From positions 4,898,001-4,962,000 of the forward strand of contig OZ176050.1 of assembly GCA_964247055.1 (NCBI GenBank): a stretch of 64,000 bases of DNA, given 5' to 3'. The notes beneath the pieces were generated by a model. It did not search any database. It worked only from the letters and a program-made list of their open reading frames with translations, and was not told where the DNA came from. The position numbers were made by a program, and so were the translations under genes. Source of the DNA: Paragordius varius. Its lineage: Eukaryota; Animalia; Nematomorpha. The number at the start of each line of letters is the position of its first letter. Positions within the stretch are counted from its first letter, which is position 1. This document shows positions 31,001 to 44,500 of the stretch, in pieces.

Positions 31001-31650
31001 TGGTAGCCCACACAACTGACCCAACTGAAACTTAACAATTGGCAGAAGTATTACGAGCATTGGAAAAAAACAATAAACTCGGTTAACGGATCCTAAACAA
31101 TATGAATGGACGTCAAATCGAAAATCACAAAGAGGCTTGTAAAATCCTGAACGTTTCGAAAGAGAATCATTTTCCCATCGAATCGTGACTGGTGATGAGT
31201 ACTGGCTTTATTTTATAAATTAAAAAAACGAGACACCCACCTTGGCAAGCCGGTTCATAGACAGCAAGACCAAATCGCTTGGGCAAGAAGACCATGCTCT
31301 GCGTCTGGTGGGGTCAGAGCGGTTTGAACTTTTAAACCTGGTGAAACCATTAATACACAACTCTATCCCAAGAAATGATTAATTTAAGTTAGGCGTTAAT
31401 TGAAAATCGACCAGCCTGTTGACAAGACAAAGGGATCTTGCTGCGTATGATCCGCTTCAAACAGCAAAACTAGTGAGAAACGCATTAAATTCGCTTATGG
31501 GAACTTATACTGTCTGTACTATCCTGACGCGGCACCATCTAACTATTACCTTTTCATACCAATGGGGTCCACAATCGCAGAGTGGCAGCACTTTAATATC
31601 GAAGACATTTGAAAAATGCTTGATAAATGGTTGCTGCAAAAGACAATCAA
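31001..31650 (+). mobile_element. Decayed mariner (Tc1/mariner, DD34D-type) transposase remnant
   Basis: Broken frames give W.P..LT, RIVTGDEYWL, PNRLGKKTMLCVWWGQSG, LKPGETINTQLY and a C-terminal SNYYLF segment, typical of mariner transposases. Multiple stops and frameshifts; TIRs not found. Confidence 0.8.
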
Positions 31651-31666
31651 TTTAATAGCATTCATA

Positions 31667-31932
31667 TATCCCATTTACACTTCTAATTCACCCTTAATCA
31701 ATTCACCCTAAAATCTATGTATTTTATAGGATTACCTATATTTTTTTACATTTAAAAAAAGGAAATTTTGTATTAAATGAAACATTAAAATCTCTTTGAT
31801 AACAATGATCAGTTATATTTGCCAGAAAACAGATAATTTTATAAGGGTAAATTGGAATTGTTTAGGGTGATTAGGATTGTTCGAGGGTGAATTCAAATTG
31901 GTCAAGGATTATTTTAAATTGTAAATGGTATA
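31667..31932. mobile_element. MITE-like element, family A copy 1
   Basis: Termini TATCCCATTTACA / TGTAAATGGTATA (13-bp imperfect TIR). Subterminal aattcaccct / agggtgaatt and attgttcgagggtga motifs are shared with 53089-53456. Confidence 0.7.
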
Positions 31933-33473
31933 ATGCATGAGAGATGGGCAAAGTGTGTAGAACCTGATGTACAGTATTTTGAATAAAAAATAATTGATTT
32001 CCATTCAAAACGATATGTTTTTTTTTTACCAAAAAACGGTAGAGAATTGTGACTATTTTGGTATATATCTAAACGAATGTGGATTGCTCAAAAATATGTT
32101 TTTGAATTATAAAAAGGTTTGCAGACTTGGGAATTTAAACATGATAAGTTAGTATGTATGTAGGATCTCATTTCAGCATAACATCTTGTAGAAATTTTAA
32201 TCATTTATAGGATTATGATTGCTTTACATCATAAAGGCTTATAACTCAAGAAAAAGATATACATGTTTTTTTAGCTTGATAACAGGATTATTCATCGACG
32301 CATTAAATTGAATCGCAAAAACATATACGTAATAAAATAAAATCATCCGTTTTTTTTTATTTGAAATTGTTTTTGAGTGCAATTTTTGTATCATATGTTT
32401 GCCTATAACAATTGTTTTATAGCCCTGAAGATGATATAACTCTTATATTAAAAATATTATTTTATTCATATCTCTTTATAGACGACTTAATTAAAAATAA
32501 ATATTTGTTTTAACTTTTACCATTTCTATAAAATGCAAATCTACATAAAAACACCCCCAAAATCTGCCCAGTAAGAATATATAACTCTAAGAAACGGATA
32601 ATAGCAAAATATAATAAAAATGCCTATAATAACTAAAATAATGGGCATATTTTCACCTTTATTTAGATACAGGTAATGTGGTTGCTATTATAACGCTAAG
32701 TATGATTGACATTAATACAATGTGATTAAATACGAAATATTAAAATTCATCTAAAATTTACCTATATATACATATGTCTCCAAAATAAAAATATATTAAT
32801 GGTTTTAACTTTTGACACAGGTTACGATATTAAATTATTATTTTGTTTGTCGAAACTAACATAGCCATTAATGTTTTAATTTTACCGTATTGATTAGGTA
32901 CAAAAAACCTTTATAATCTATTTTGTTAATGCTCAAAATTTATGGAATGCATTATGAAATGAACTTTGCCATTTTTGGCGTTTGATTTGACATATCAATC
33001 AATTTTCACCTATGTGGTTATTAAGTGTCCAAATAATTAGATATGAATATATATTTCTGTCATTTACGATCTAACCTTTTACCAAGATATACATAATAGT
33101 TATTAATCATACACAGGTTAGAAATTTCCTTCCGCTTCTAAGAACATATATTAATTTAAGGAATGTAACTAAAAATTGTTGTCATTTTATAAGTTACATA
33201 ATGAAATGCTTGTAATTTGGACATTACATAATAATACGAATAACAAATTATAACTTGCATATTTAATAATATATATATTCTCCACACATTTTACCATTGT
33301 TTTGCTCTGAAAAGAGTAGGTGATTCCTTAATTTTATTGACATTTTTATATCTTTTTATATGAATTTATACATATGATATTCATTTAATATCGAATGAAT
33401 TAACACGTTAAGAGGTATGTGTGTATGTATGTTAGGCGACACAAAAGTACTTAAGATTTGTGTCACCAACTTC

Positions 33474-33477
<4 letters not shown>

Positions 33478-33503
<26 letters not shown>
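33478..33503. repeat. (TA)n microsatellite
   Basis: Pure TA run. Similar runs occur near 1117-1143, 16148-16164, 38046-38070, 49513-49538 and 50847-50873. Confidence 0.9.
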
Positions 33504-33510
<7 letters not shown>

Positions 33511-36500
33511 AGTATAAAAACATTTATTTCGTCCGGCCAAAACCCATTAATTTGTGGTGACTGGCTTAAAAATACAAGGCTCCCCTTTTACGTATTTAAT
33601 GTTGTTGTTTACTTGATATTAAAAATGTCTCCAAAAACCTATATATATATAAAACGATAAAAATACTAACCAATAAATTTTGCACACGGAAAATGTAACA
33701 ATATATAATAGAAATAATAATTAAATCATCACATATTGAGTGCACGAAAAAAACTAACATTTTTATTAAATATTGCCTAAACACTATTGGGTTCATAATA
33801 ATTACACAAAAAATTATTTGTAAAGCTTAAATGTGAGACCTACCCCCTCTCCCCCCTAAATGTGAAAGACAGGCGCCAAATAAATAAATTTTGTTAAACG
33901 AAAAACTTTCTCGTGTTACAAAGTAGCAGTTTAGTTTATAATATAAATATGTTTAATATTGCACTTGTAAAATAATTATAATTACCTTAAAATATAACTA
34001 AAACGCAAGGTTTAAAAACCTCAACCATTATTTACATCTATATAGATATATATTTGGTAAAGGCTTAATTAATTTAAAAGCGGAACTATACTCTAATCTA
34101 ATTATATAATAATCACTATTGAAATTTATTTAGTAATACTAGAAGAGAACATAGCGTCAATATTTCACACTTTAAAACAAATTCGAATATATATAGTGTC
34201 AAAAATAAAATTGTATATAATAAATTATTTTGGTATTATTTAAAAAAATATGAAAAACTGAAATCCTATAATAAAATAAAATATATCCAAATCTATATAT
34301 TAAAAATCATTTCCAATTTTTTAATTTATATAATGTGATTAAAATTTGACAGTCCTACAAATAAATCATATCATAATTTTGTCCAATCGCGACTGGGAAA
34401 ATTTCATTTTTTTGTTGAATGATGATTGGTAGTTATGTTTTTATTTATTTGACAGTATAAAATGAATTAGAAATATTAACTTCATTAATATTTTTAATTA
34501 ACTTGAAATGGATATAATGGTTAGTAGAATTAATATATCGCTAATATAACTAATTAGAAACAAAAAACACTTCACACATATTTAAGGCTACAAAACTCAA
34601 TCCAACAATTGTTTAATCTTTTAAATTTTTCCCCTGAGAAAAGATGTTGATGGCCAAATAAAACATTTATCAGTGATTAATATTATTATTAGACATTTTG
34701 CACCAATTAGGACTTTCTCTTGTTATCTAGAAAAAATTTAACGTTTCGTGTGATAGGTATGTCTTAAATAAATTACTTAATTTTAAGCAGATATTTGAAA
34801 ATAGGACGGAAAATATTTATAGATATGGGAATTTTTGTATTTAAAAAACGCACAGAATTAATTAGAATTTTATCACATATTTTAAGCGCAACAAATTATA
34901 CAAAACTATTTATTTATTTATTTTTTATTGCCCAAGTTGGTAAATATTTGAAGATTTTGCTTATTTAAATTTCTTTTTTATGCATAAATAAACCAGACAG
35001 TTACTATTAACTTTGCGTGACCGTTGCTGGAAGAAAAGCTATCATTGGAACGTTTTTATAGCATCTAATTAAATAAATGACTATAAGAGAGCATATAATT
35101 AAATTTTTAAGGGGTGTCTTCGTAAATTGATATAAGCAACATTTACAAATTTTATACTGCAATTATCTTATAAAAACAGAATATTTTCCCAAAAATTAAT
35201 GGTATCCTGTCTATTCGAGGTTTTAGTATTTAGTCAAATATTTAGTTATAAAGAACTGAGACTTTATAGAAATGAAATGCAATAAAGTAAAAGGATGTAT
35301 TTTTGTGAAACCGTGTCCAAGTTTTTCGGGAATGGCTTAAAAGATGAGCTGTGCTAAACACTTCCATTTTTTTAAAAATATCTAACACATAATTTGCCTC
35401 ATTAAAATATTGCTTCTATTTTATTTGATCGCAAAAGTTTTTTATACTTTAAAAGTAGCTATCATTGTAAGTGATATCTTCATTTTTTTAAATATTATTT
35501 AAAGTAGAAAAGCAATAGAACGTATATATAACTAATTTTTTCGTTTACTTTTAGAGAAATCAAAATAATTTAATACTGAAGAAATTAAGCATATTGAATC
35601 GATGGAAAAAAAAATTCAGATCTGATAATTATTTGTATATTTCTTTAGAAAAATATTCATAACTATAATTCGATTGCCAGTATACATTTTTACGATTTTT
35701 TCATATTGATTTAGATTTCCAATATATCTTTATTAAGAGGGGATTTTTAAAAAACTTTGACTTAGTATTACGTGAGTTGTTATTCGAAGAAAAGTACACT
35801 CCTTAAGAGTATTCAGATAATATATTTTCGTTTTTTTATTTTTACTTAATCTCAAAATTTAATTCTAACTTGCGACCATATAATTAACACTACGTGACAA
35901 CACATTCATTCTAGTCCATCGATTCAAATTTGGGTAGTTTTATAGCCCAGGCCTATTTAAAATTAGGCTTCAAAAAATACGGAAGAAATTGAAACATGGC
36001 AAAAGTTTGCTTGACATTAATGAACCGAAATATAAAAAAATTAATTCAAAAATAAATGATATTACTTACTTTAATCTAAAACCAAGAGGTAAAAATTTAG
36101 TCAAAATGACATGTGGTCATTAGCCAAATTTAAAAATAACACAAAATAAACCACTTTTACTGTTTCCATCAATGTTAGAAATATAAATAAATATCAGCTT
36201 TATTTTAACTTTAAAATTAAATAAACATGATATTTTGCAAAAATTTTGTAAATTTCAAATGGCTTCGAAGTAGTTTGATACGGATTTTTTTAACTAATTT
36301 TTTTTTAGATATTCCGGCTTATTTATATAAATTTTATTATGATAGAAGCATAAATTTAAATCTGGACCGTTTCTTTCAGTAACCCCAATTTGAATCAGAG
36401 TGTTAATATGATCAAGGTCAGGTTTCATCATATATTACAAATGTTAAATAATTTTTGAATGGCTGTAGTTAAGACATTTACCATTGTGCTTGATTTAACA

Positions 36501-38037
36501 GACATTGAAATCAAAAACTCCACACTCCTAAAATATTTAAAGCTAAAAATAACCGATAAAAAATTGGATTTACTGCTAATGTATCTAAAATTTTTGAAGC
36601 GAAAATTCATAGTTCAATTGTTAAAAATGCTGTATTCTCTAATATCTAATGTCCTAAGGATGTTTATTAAATTTCCGGTAATTTTGATAAGATTTATTTA
36701 TAAATTTCTTAGCAAAATAGTAATGTTCAAACTATTCTATGAACATGATTTCCCATAATATTTCAGCAAGGGAAACCGTTATTTTTGGGTTGTTTAGATT
36801 TTATTAGAAAATAGGAACTTATTATTGCCAAAAAAGCATACTGCTAATATTTAATACGTATAACCATATGTATATTTGCTAACAAAATTTAAAAAACCTA
36901 TTTTTTGTATCCGTTTGAAACCCTGGTTCCGGTTTTAGGTAATAAATTTAAAGAACCAAAATTTAATAATCATTCAACATTTCCAATTTTTAGAGAAAAA
37001 CACATTTTAATTGTTACCACTAGCTTATTTTAGAAACGATAATATGTATAAAATAGTTGATTCATAACTTAAAAACCGTGAAACTGAGCCAGTAATGATT
37101 GCTAGAGGTTTTAAGATTTCTTAAATAATTAATATACTTTTTAGTAATAACTCAAATATTAAAACGATAAGAATTGAAACCGATAAAAATTGAGACTAGT
37201 TCTACAACTTCCTAAAATTTCCTAAACTCTAAAACACATCATTTCTATTTCCATTTTAAGAAAATTTATTAAAAATATACAACAATAAATATATAATAAA
37301 AAATTATCATACTTGAACATTAAATCGTCAATAAATTTCGCATTTTAGCCTATGATCAGGACCCCAAAATAAAAATAACCCAATAAGTGGTTCAAAAAAT
37401 TAACTTAAAATGGAATCTTTGATTAATGCAAGTGGTAGTAATGTATAATTTTAAAATCTATCGTAAATTTTAAGTTTAAGGCAAAAATATACTTATGGCT
37501 TAATTTAAATGAACATTTCGCTGCTAATATTTTAAGTTCCTATTTATAACTTTATAAAAAACTAAGTCTATAGAATTTAATAGATGTACAGATTATTGCA
37601 TGAGATTCATAAATGTCTATATGGCCACAAAAAATATATTTTAAACAAGATTCAAATTGGGTAAACTGGTTACCCCAATTTTATAATGTTATAAACTAAC
37701 AAAACGTGTGGTGGTCTCAACTCACATGTTAATAAAAATAATTTGAACAGCTGTATTTAAATAAGCAAGTTTTGAGAAAAAAAATATATCAACATTTTTA
37801 GGCCGTAGGCTTTCTAGTAATTATTATTGCTGTCTTTAGAACTTATCTACACATTGTATTATTTGAGGTTTCTATGTCCAAATTTACATGTGTATTTTTT
37901 TTAATTTAGAAAATGTCAATAATAAGTCATGTGTCGTTTGAAATGACATGTATTTTGCGGTTTAAAATCAATTTATATCTTCATAATATAATATGATAAA
38001 TATGGTGCCGTTTCTATAATTACATAATTAGTTTTAA

Positions 38038-38070
<33 letters not shown>

Positions 38071-39139
38071 CAAGCAATTGAAAAATAATCATTAACCTTT
38101 ATATGATAATTTTGATGAGTTTGAAAGATTCTGTAATACTTATGATTGACTCTCATAGTCGCTCGCATATATCAAAACTATCAAATATTATTAATTTTTT
38201 TGTAAATCAAACCAACCAGCTTTTTAATTATTTTTTATTATATTATTCAATAATTGATTTGATTTATATATGTATGGTACTAGGAATTGAAATTTAATTA
38301 ATTTTATATGTATATATATATGCTAAAGGAATATATATTAAAAAATGTTTGTTTAATCAATCGATGATTGATAACTATATATTATATAGTATTAATTTTT
38401 AAGTGACTTCTTTTCTAATATGCCACACTACAAATAAGCTGATAATGAGAATTCGTTGATATATTTTCTATTCCAATCCAATATTTTTTTATTATATTTC
38501 AATATGATATGTGGTTAAATGATATAATTTTATTAAAAATTAATTATTATTGTTGTTTTAATTCGGAATATACATACGCATTATATAAAACAAATAAAAA
38601 TGGATTCTCAGAATATTTAGAGTTAATTATTATATATATATTTTTAAAAATAATTTATTTTTGTGTTAATTGCATTTTTATGGTAATTATATAAATACAT
38701 ATAAGATGATGTGATGTTGTAGTTCAATGGAGAGACAGGAATATCTTACAAAAACAAACTACATAATACAAATATATATATATTAAATTAATATTTCTGG
38801 ATAAATATCAATAATATTATTAATAATAATTATAGTATTATAAATAATTATCTAATAATGATTGTTTTGCAGCTAATGAATAAAACTAATTGACAATTAA
38901 GGTTGTAGATATTAGACTGAAGCTGTAAAGAAAACGATGATAATATTTATCATTTTCTATTTACTTATTAATACTTTTTTGTACAATTAAAGCAATAAAA
39001 CAAACAATTGACCTGTGAATTATATAAAACATTATGGCTGTTTTAAAAACCAAAATTTTTTTGGATAATGTTGCATGGTATTAAAGATTTTCTTTGGATA
39101 TTATGAGGATGATTTAATTATTTTAAAAAAATTAAAATT

Positions 39140-39660
39140 CGATTTTGGGGAGGTTGGATTGTCGCATTCTGGATACTTGCTTTATTTTACTAAATTTAAA
39201 GAATTTTATGTAAAAAATAGCGTTTTTTGGTTCATATCTGTATATTCATCTGGTACTTTCAGTCGGCATCAATTATCATATATTCATAGCACTCATCTTT
39301 TTAGGTTATATAGCGAATTAACGGGTAAAGGGATAGATATAATACAATTATTTTTAAAACATTACCCCTACGAATTAAAACACTGTATATAGCCATATAT
39401 AAAATTCGTAGAGATGATGAACTTAAATGTCAATTTTGTGGGATATATAAACAATTTTCATTTACGGTACACCTATTTTTTGCAACAACATAAGTTGGAG
39501 ACTCTCATCTCTGTAATAATTTAATTATAAAGCTCATCATCATCTCCATGATAATTTACTTAATAATGAAAAAAAGACTGGTATTATAATGGCATATCTT
39601 ATTATATTCACATGAAATGCATATTGTTGGAGCCAGAAATAAAATTTGGTATCTTTTTCT
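39140..39660 (+). mobile_element. Possible decayed LINE 3' end (CxxC...HLF zinc-finger region)
   Basis: One frame gives LPLRIKTLYIAIYKIRRDDELKCQFCGIYKQFSFTVHLFF, resembling the C-terminal CxxC..HLF motif of L1/Tx1-type ORF2. Heavily degraded. Confidence 0.3.
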
Positions 39661-41548
39661 CCTAAATAGTTTCTTGTCGCATATTAATTCTTTTTGGGTA
39701 AGTTACTAAACTGAGAGTGCTATTTATGATTAAAATTTTTTTAAAGAAAATTAACCGTAGCACAATAGCGTATGGTTTAAAGTCTGTCCATAATTAACAA
39801 ACAAAATTAATGTTAAAACATATGGGCAAAAAATGTTTAACAACCGTTTATTGTTTCTTACCATCCGCTACTGTAATGATTTCTTTCTCTATTCATACCC
39901 TATAGAATGATCTTTATAACCAATAAATACCCTTTGCTATATTATAATATCTTACAAATTAAAATTATAATTTTAAAAGTATAATGAGTAAAAAATGTCG
40001 CAGTAATTATCATAAAAGTAAAATTGGCAGAGTCCCTCCCAACAATAATGTATCTCGTGACTTTTATAAAATAGAACAACATCCAATTATTATACAAAGT
40101 AATTATAAATACCATTTTTTACGATAAATTTATTTATAGACAAAATACGTTCAAGACATCTTTTAGATATTCAGGATTTTGTTTCACGCAAAATTTTAGA
40201 TGAAACTTTGTTTGTTTTTCAAAACAAATCTCGAAAAATGGCAATAATCTTTATTGGCAAAAATAGCGAAATAGTGGTACTTTCTTACTTACTTAAACAG
40301 CTCGCGCATAAATTAAAATGAAAAAAAAATGTTAAATTGTCATGTAGAGTTATATTATGTCGTTTTTAAGGTGGTGGATAATATCTTGTATTTTTCATAT
40401 TTTTGAGTTATTATATAAACCACAAATCACCAAAATAACCTTTTTCAGCTAATGTACAAATAAATGATTGATATGGTTACCTGGTTGACAAAAAAATAAC
40501 GGAGATACTTTTCAAACTAAACTTAACAAAACACAAAAACTTATTTATCGTTGAAAACACAACAATAATACAATTTATCATGACTTTTGCCGTTAATAAA
40601 AATTAATTATATTTTTCGACATTATGTTGCCTATCAAATCAGGTTTGAAAATTTTATAATTAAATTATATTCGTATAAAAATAAAATATTAACCCAAATA
40701 CAATCAATGTGTTTAACTGCAATTATTATAGGATCCCTCCTACATTCTAGTGATAAAAACTCATTTAACCAAATGTTTATTATTGATATCAATATATAAT
40801 TTTTATATAGTTAAAATATGATGTGCAATAAATTAATCATGAAACTATAACTAAATTATTATTATTATTATTTATACAAATGTTTTTTGGCATTTTTAAA
40901 AAAAATGAAATTTGCAAAATTTTGATGAGACGTATATTTTTTCTTCAAGTCCATCCATAAATTTGCTGTTTTGTATATATGTATGTAACTTTTCGCTTAA
41001 CATTTTTAATGATAATAGACATTACTATGTGTACACCTTTATATACACCTTTATTTTAATGTTACTTTACATTTTAAATATCTTCCTTTATACTGCATCA
41101 TCCTTATACCATAATAACTAAAATTTTAAGGATTTTTTGTGTTTTTTTTGAATATATCATATCTGTGAACAAATTTAGCTAGCTAATTTAGTTAGCTTTT
41201 GTATAAAATAATGTATAATAAATAATATTAAAAAGACAAAAAAAACCAAATTATACATTAGTGAGTGGTTGTTTAACACTGTTGGTAGAAATAATAATAC
41301 ATATATTTATAAATATGTATATATAAATTATTTGTTTTAATAATACTACACTTTTAACACCACATCATAAAACATTACACAATATAATTATGAATGATGA
41401 GGCTAATTAAATTTTACTATAATTACGATTATAATATTTTATAGAAGTAAGATAATACATAATTAATTTCACTAAACAACTTAAATTAATCGGCATCAGA
41501 AAGTCAAAAAAAAGATCCATCCAAATTTACCCATCCATTTATCCCTCT

Positions 41549-44500
41549 ATGTTTAACATAAATGAACTGTTAAAAACGTCGAATAACATTCAAAATTGTC
41601 AGGATCCAGCAATATGTTCAACCATGGGAAATTCCACACCAAATATTTTTACAACAAATAATTTTTATATTTCTACAGATACCAGTGATTCGGTTAAACC
41701 AAATTGTGTTAAAAATGATAAGGACAAAAATATGAATAATGATAATACCTCTATTCCTTTCAACATAAATGGGATCGGAGACATGAATAATGGTATGTTA
41801 TTCAACAATAGTCCAGTTAGCAATATTTGTACGAATAATATGCTAACTTTGTACAAATTATATGGATTGAATTGGGCCAATTTGCTTAGCAGTTGCCCTT
41901 TGTTTGGTTCCACCGAAGCCTGCAAAGTCTCATCAGCTAATGATGGACTCGTTAGAACCGATGTCTTCCCAATATCCTTGCATAGTAAATTGTCATCTTC
42001 TAATGATGATAAAGTTGATTCTATGGTTCCTACGCTTGCAAAACAACAAGCTGATTTTTACAAAGCCCTCTTGCTTAATAACCATACTGTTGGCCTTCCA
42101 ATGCAGCAACAGTGCACTTATTTAAATGGTCTTACCGGTGAAACAGATTTACTACAACATAATAATTATTATAATAATAATAATCATTTAAATCCCTTTT
42201 TGGCTTCATATTTTCCCTATCTACTTTGCCCGACATATCCCATCTCAGTCCCTTCGTTTTCCAACAGCAGTAATGATGGTCCAGGTTCGATTAACTGCAA
42301 ATCAGAATATTTAACATCCAATTATTTAACAACTAAGCCAAAAAGTACTTCTGAACAACTTAACGCTAGTGGTAATGATATTTATTGTGACAATGAAAAA
42401 ATGGGTGATTCAACTAATAAAAGTAATACGCCCGCAAAATTGGATCCAATCTTGTCTCCAAATAAATCAGAAAAAAATGCAGACCATACACCTCGAAAAG
42501 AAAACACATCTATTATCCTCGATCATAAATCGACTCCGAATCATGATAAAAATGTTTCAACACCAATAAATTGTGCTGAACATGAAAGTAGTCTTAGCGA
42601 AAACTCAAACGAAACAGAGCTAGAGGAATCAAAAACCAACTCTGAATTCATTTTATTTAGTTCACCCACCAATAAATCATTCCTGACATCTTCAAGTCAT
42701 GAAAATACTCCCTTTGAATCCAACAATGTTTTGTCCCTTAACTCTAGCGCACGTAAAATATTTTTAATTTTATTCACAGTGGATCCCTCATATTGAACCC
42801 GATTGTGGAAAATATAATTGACTACTTAATGAATTATGAACAAAAATTAATTAAAAAATATTGAACTTCATTTAAAAAGTGCATGTTAATAATCATAAGC
42901 TAAATAATAAATAAATTAAATCAGTTTATTTAAAAAAAGCTTACGAGTGGAGGTTATTTTATGGGTTTCTATGTACATACTACAACAGATCGACACCTAA
43001 CAATTTTTAGACAAGTTTATTGAATTATTAAGCATTAAAAACATTTGTTATTATATTATATAATATAATTTTATTGCCTAGATAATAGTGGTTATGACAA
43101 AAAATAATTTATAGTATATTTCTATAATATCCATATAAAATAAATCATAAGATTAGCATATGTTCATTTTGTTGACTGGTATATAAAAGAAAAAACCCAT
43201 TAAAAATTGCATGATATCACTTAAGATTTTTTATAAAAAAATTGAAATCTAAATGTGGGATTTTGTAAATGTTAAAACATGCTATGCCAATCATCATAAA
43301 GCATCGAACACAGAAATATTTTTAAGTTTTAAAATATTTTGATTTTTATCATTAACACCTCATTACCTTTTCATATATAGGTTGTCGATTACTTTTTGGG
43401 GCAGTTTTGCACCCTAGGCCCTAATGTAAATAAACTACCGTTTAGGAACTTGTTTTGGTTAAAATTTAATTATCAAACATATTTTTCTGTATAAAATTAT
43501 GAAATTTTTAGTTTTCTAGCTTTTTATGGCCCAAAATTAAAGCTTCAAAACGCACTTAAATCATACAGCTGATTTTGGAATTAAAATATATCGAACTTCG
43601 CTGTTAAGAATAATTGGAAAGCCAATCTAAATTTATTATTTACATTTTTTAACCATATAAAAAATTTATTTGCCCGTTGTAATAGCGATTTGAAAAAATT
43701 CCAAATAAATAAATGGGGAAAATGTTTGAGCTGAGGTTTTTTATATTTTTTGAATCATGCGCCTAAAAAGCTAAAAAAGCAATTTTTGCATTTAGCCCAA
43801 TATCTTGAATACTTTTTTATATAGTCCAATTTGAAATCACTCCAGGGTACAAATTTACTCCGAGACGATTAAGTTAAATAATTTACATATATCATCTCCA
43901 AATGACTGGGATATCTCTTAATAATTATATTTAACACCATATTTTTTCTAAAAGAGCCTTTTTAATTACAACTTGGCTAGTATAACCATACAATTATAAA
44001 TGATATTTTATTACATATTAACTTAATGTATGAGTCCTAATAAATAAGAAACCAAAATCATTATCTTATACATTTTTACTATTCACAAAGTTAAGGGATT
44101 TTATGTAGATTAAATCCTTATTGGAAGGACAATAATTTTGTTAAGTTGAAAGCTTGAAACTTTGGCTAATTGGCAAAAATTTATTCCAAAATACTTGTTA
44201 GCTTTATCGTTTTTCCGTGTTGGACCAAATCAATCAAAATAATATGGCAAGTTTATACTACTTTATAAAAGGTGTAAAATTTACTTATGATGTGAGTTTG
44301 AATATAATTTTAGAATTAAAAAAAAATAATTGCAGTTTAAGTCAATTTCCATATCTCTAAATTCGCAATTAAATTTATTTATTTATAACTTGTTTAACTT
44401 AAGTATGCTCTCCTAATTTATTCATTAAATGGAAAGACTTCAAAAAATATTTTAAAGTTGCATTAATAAGGCTATGAGACATTAATATCCAAATACTTCG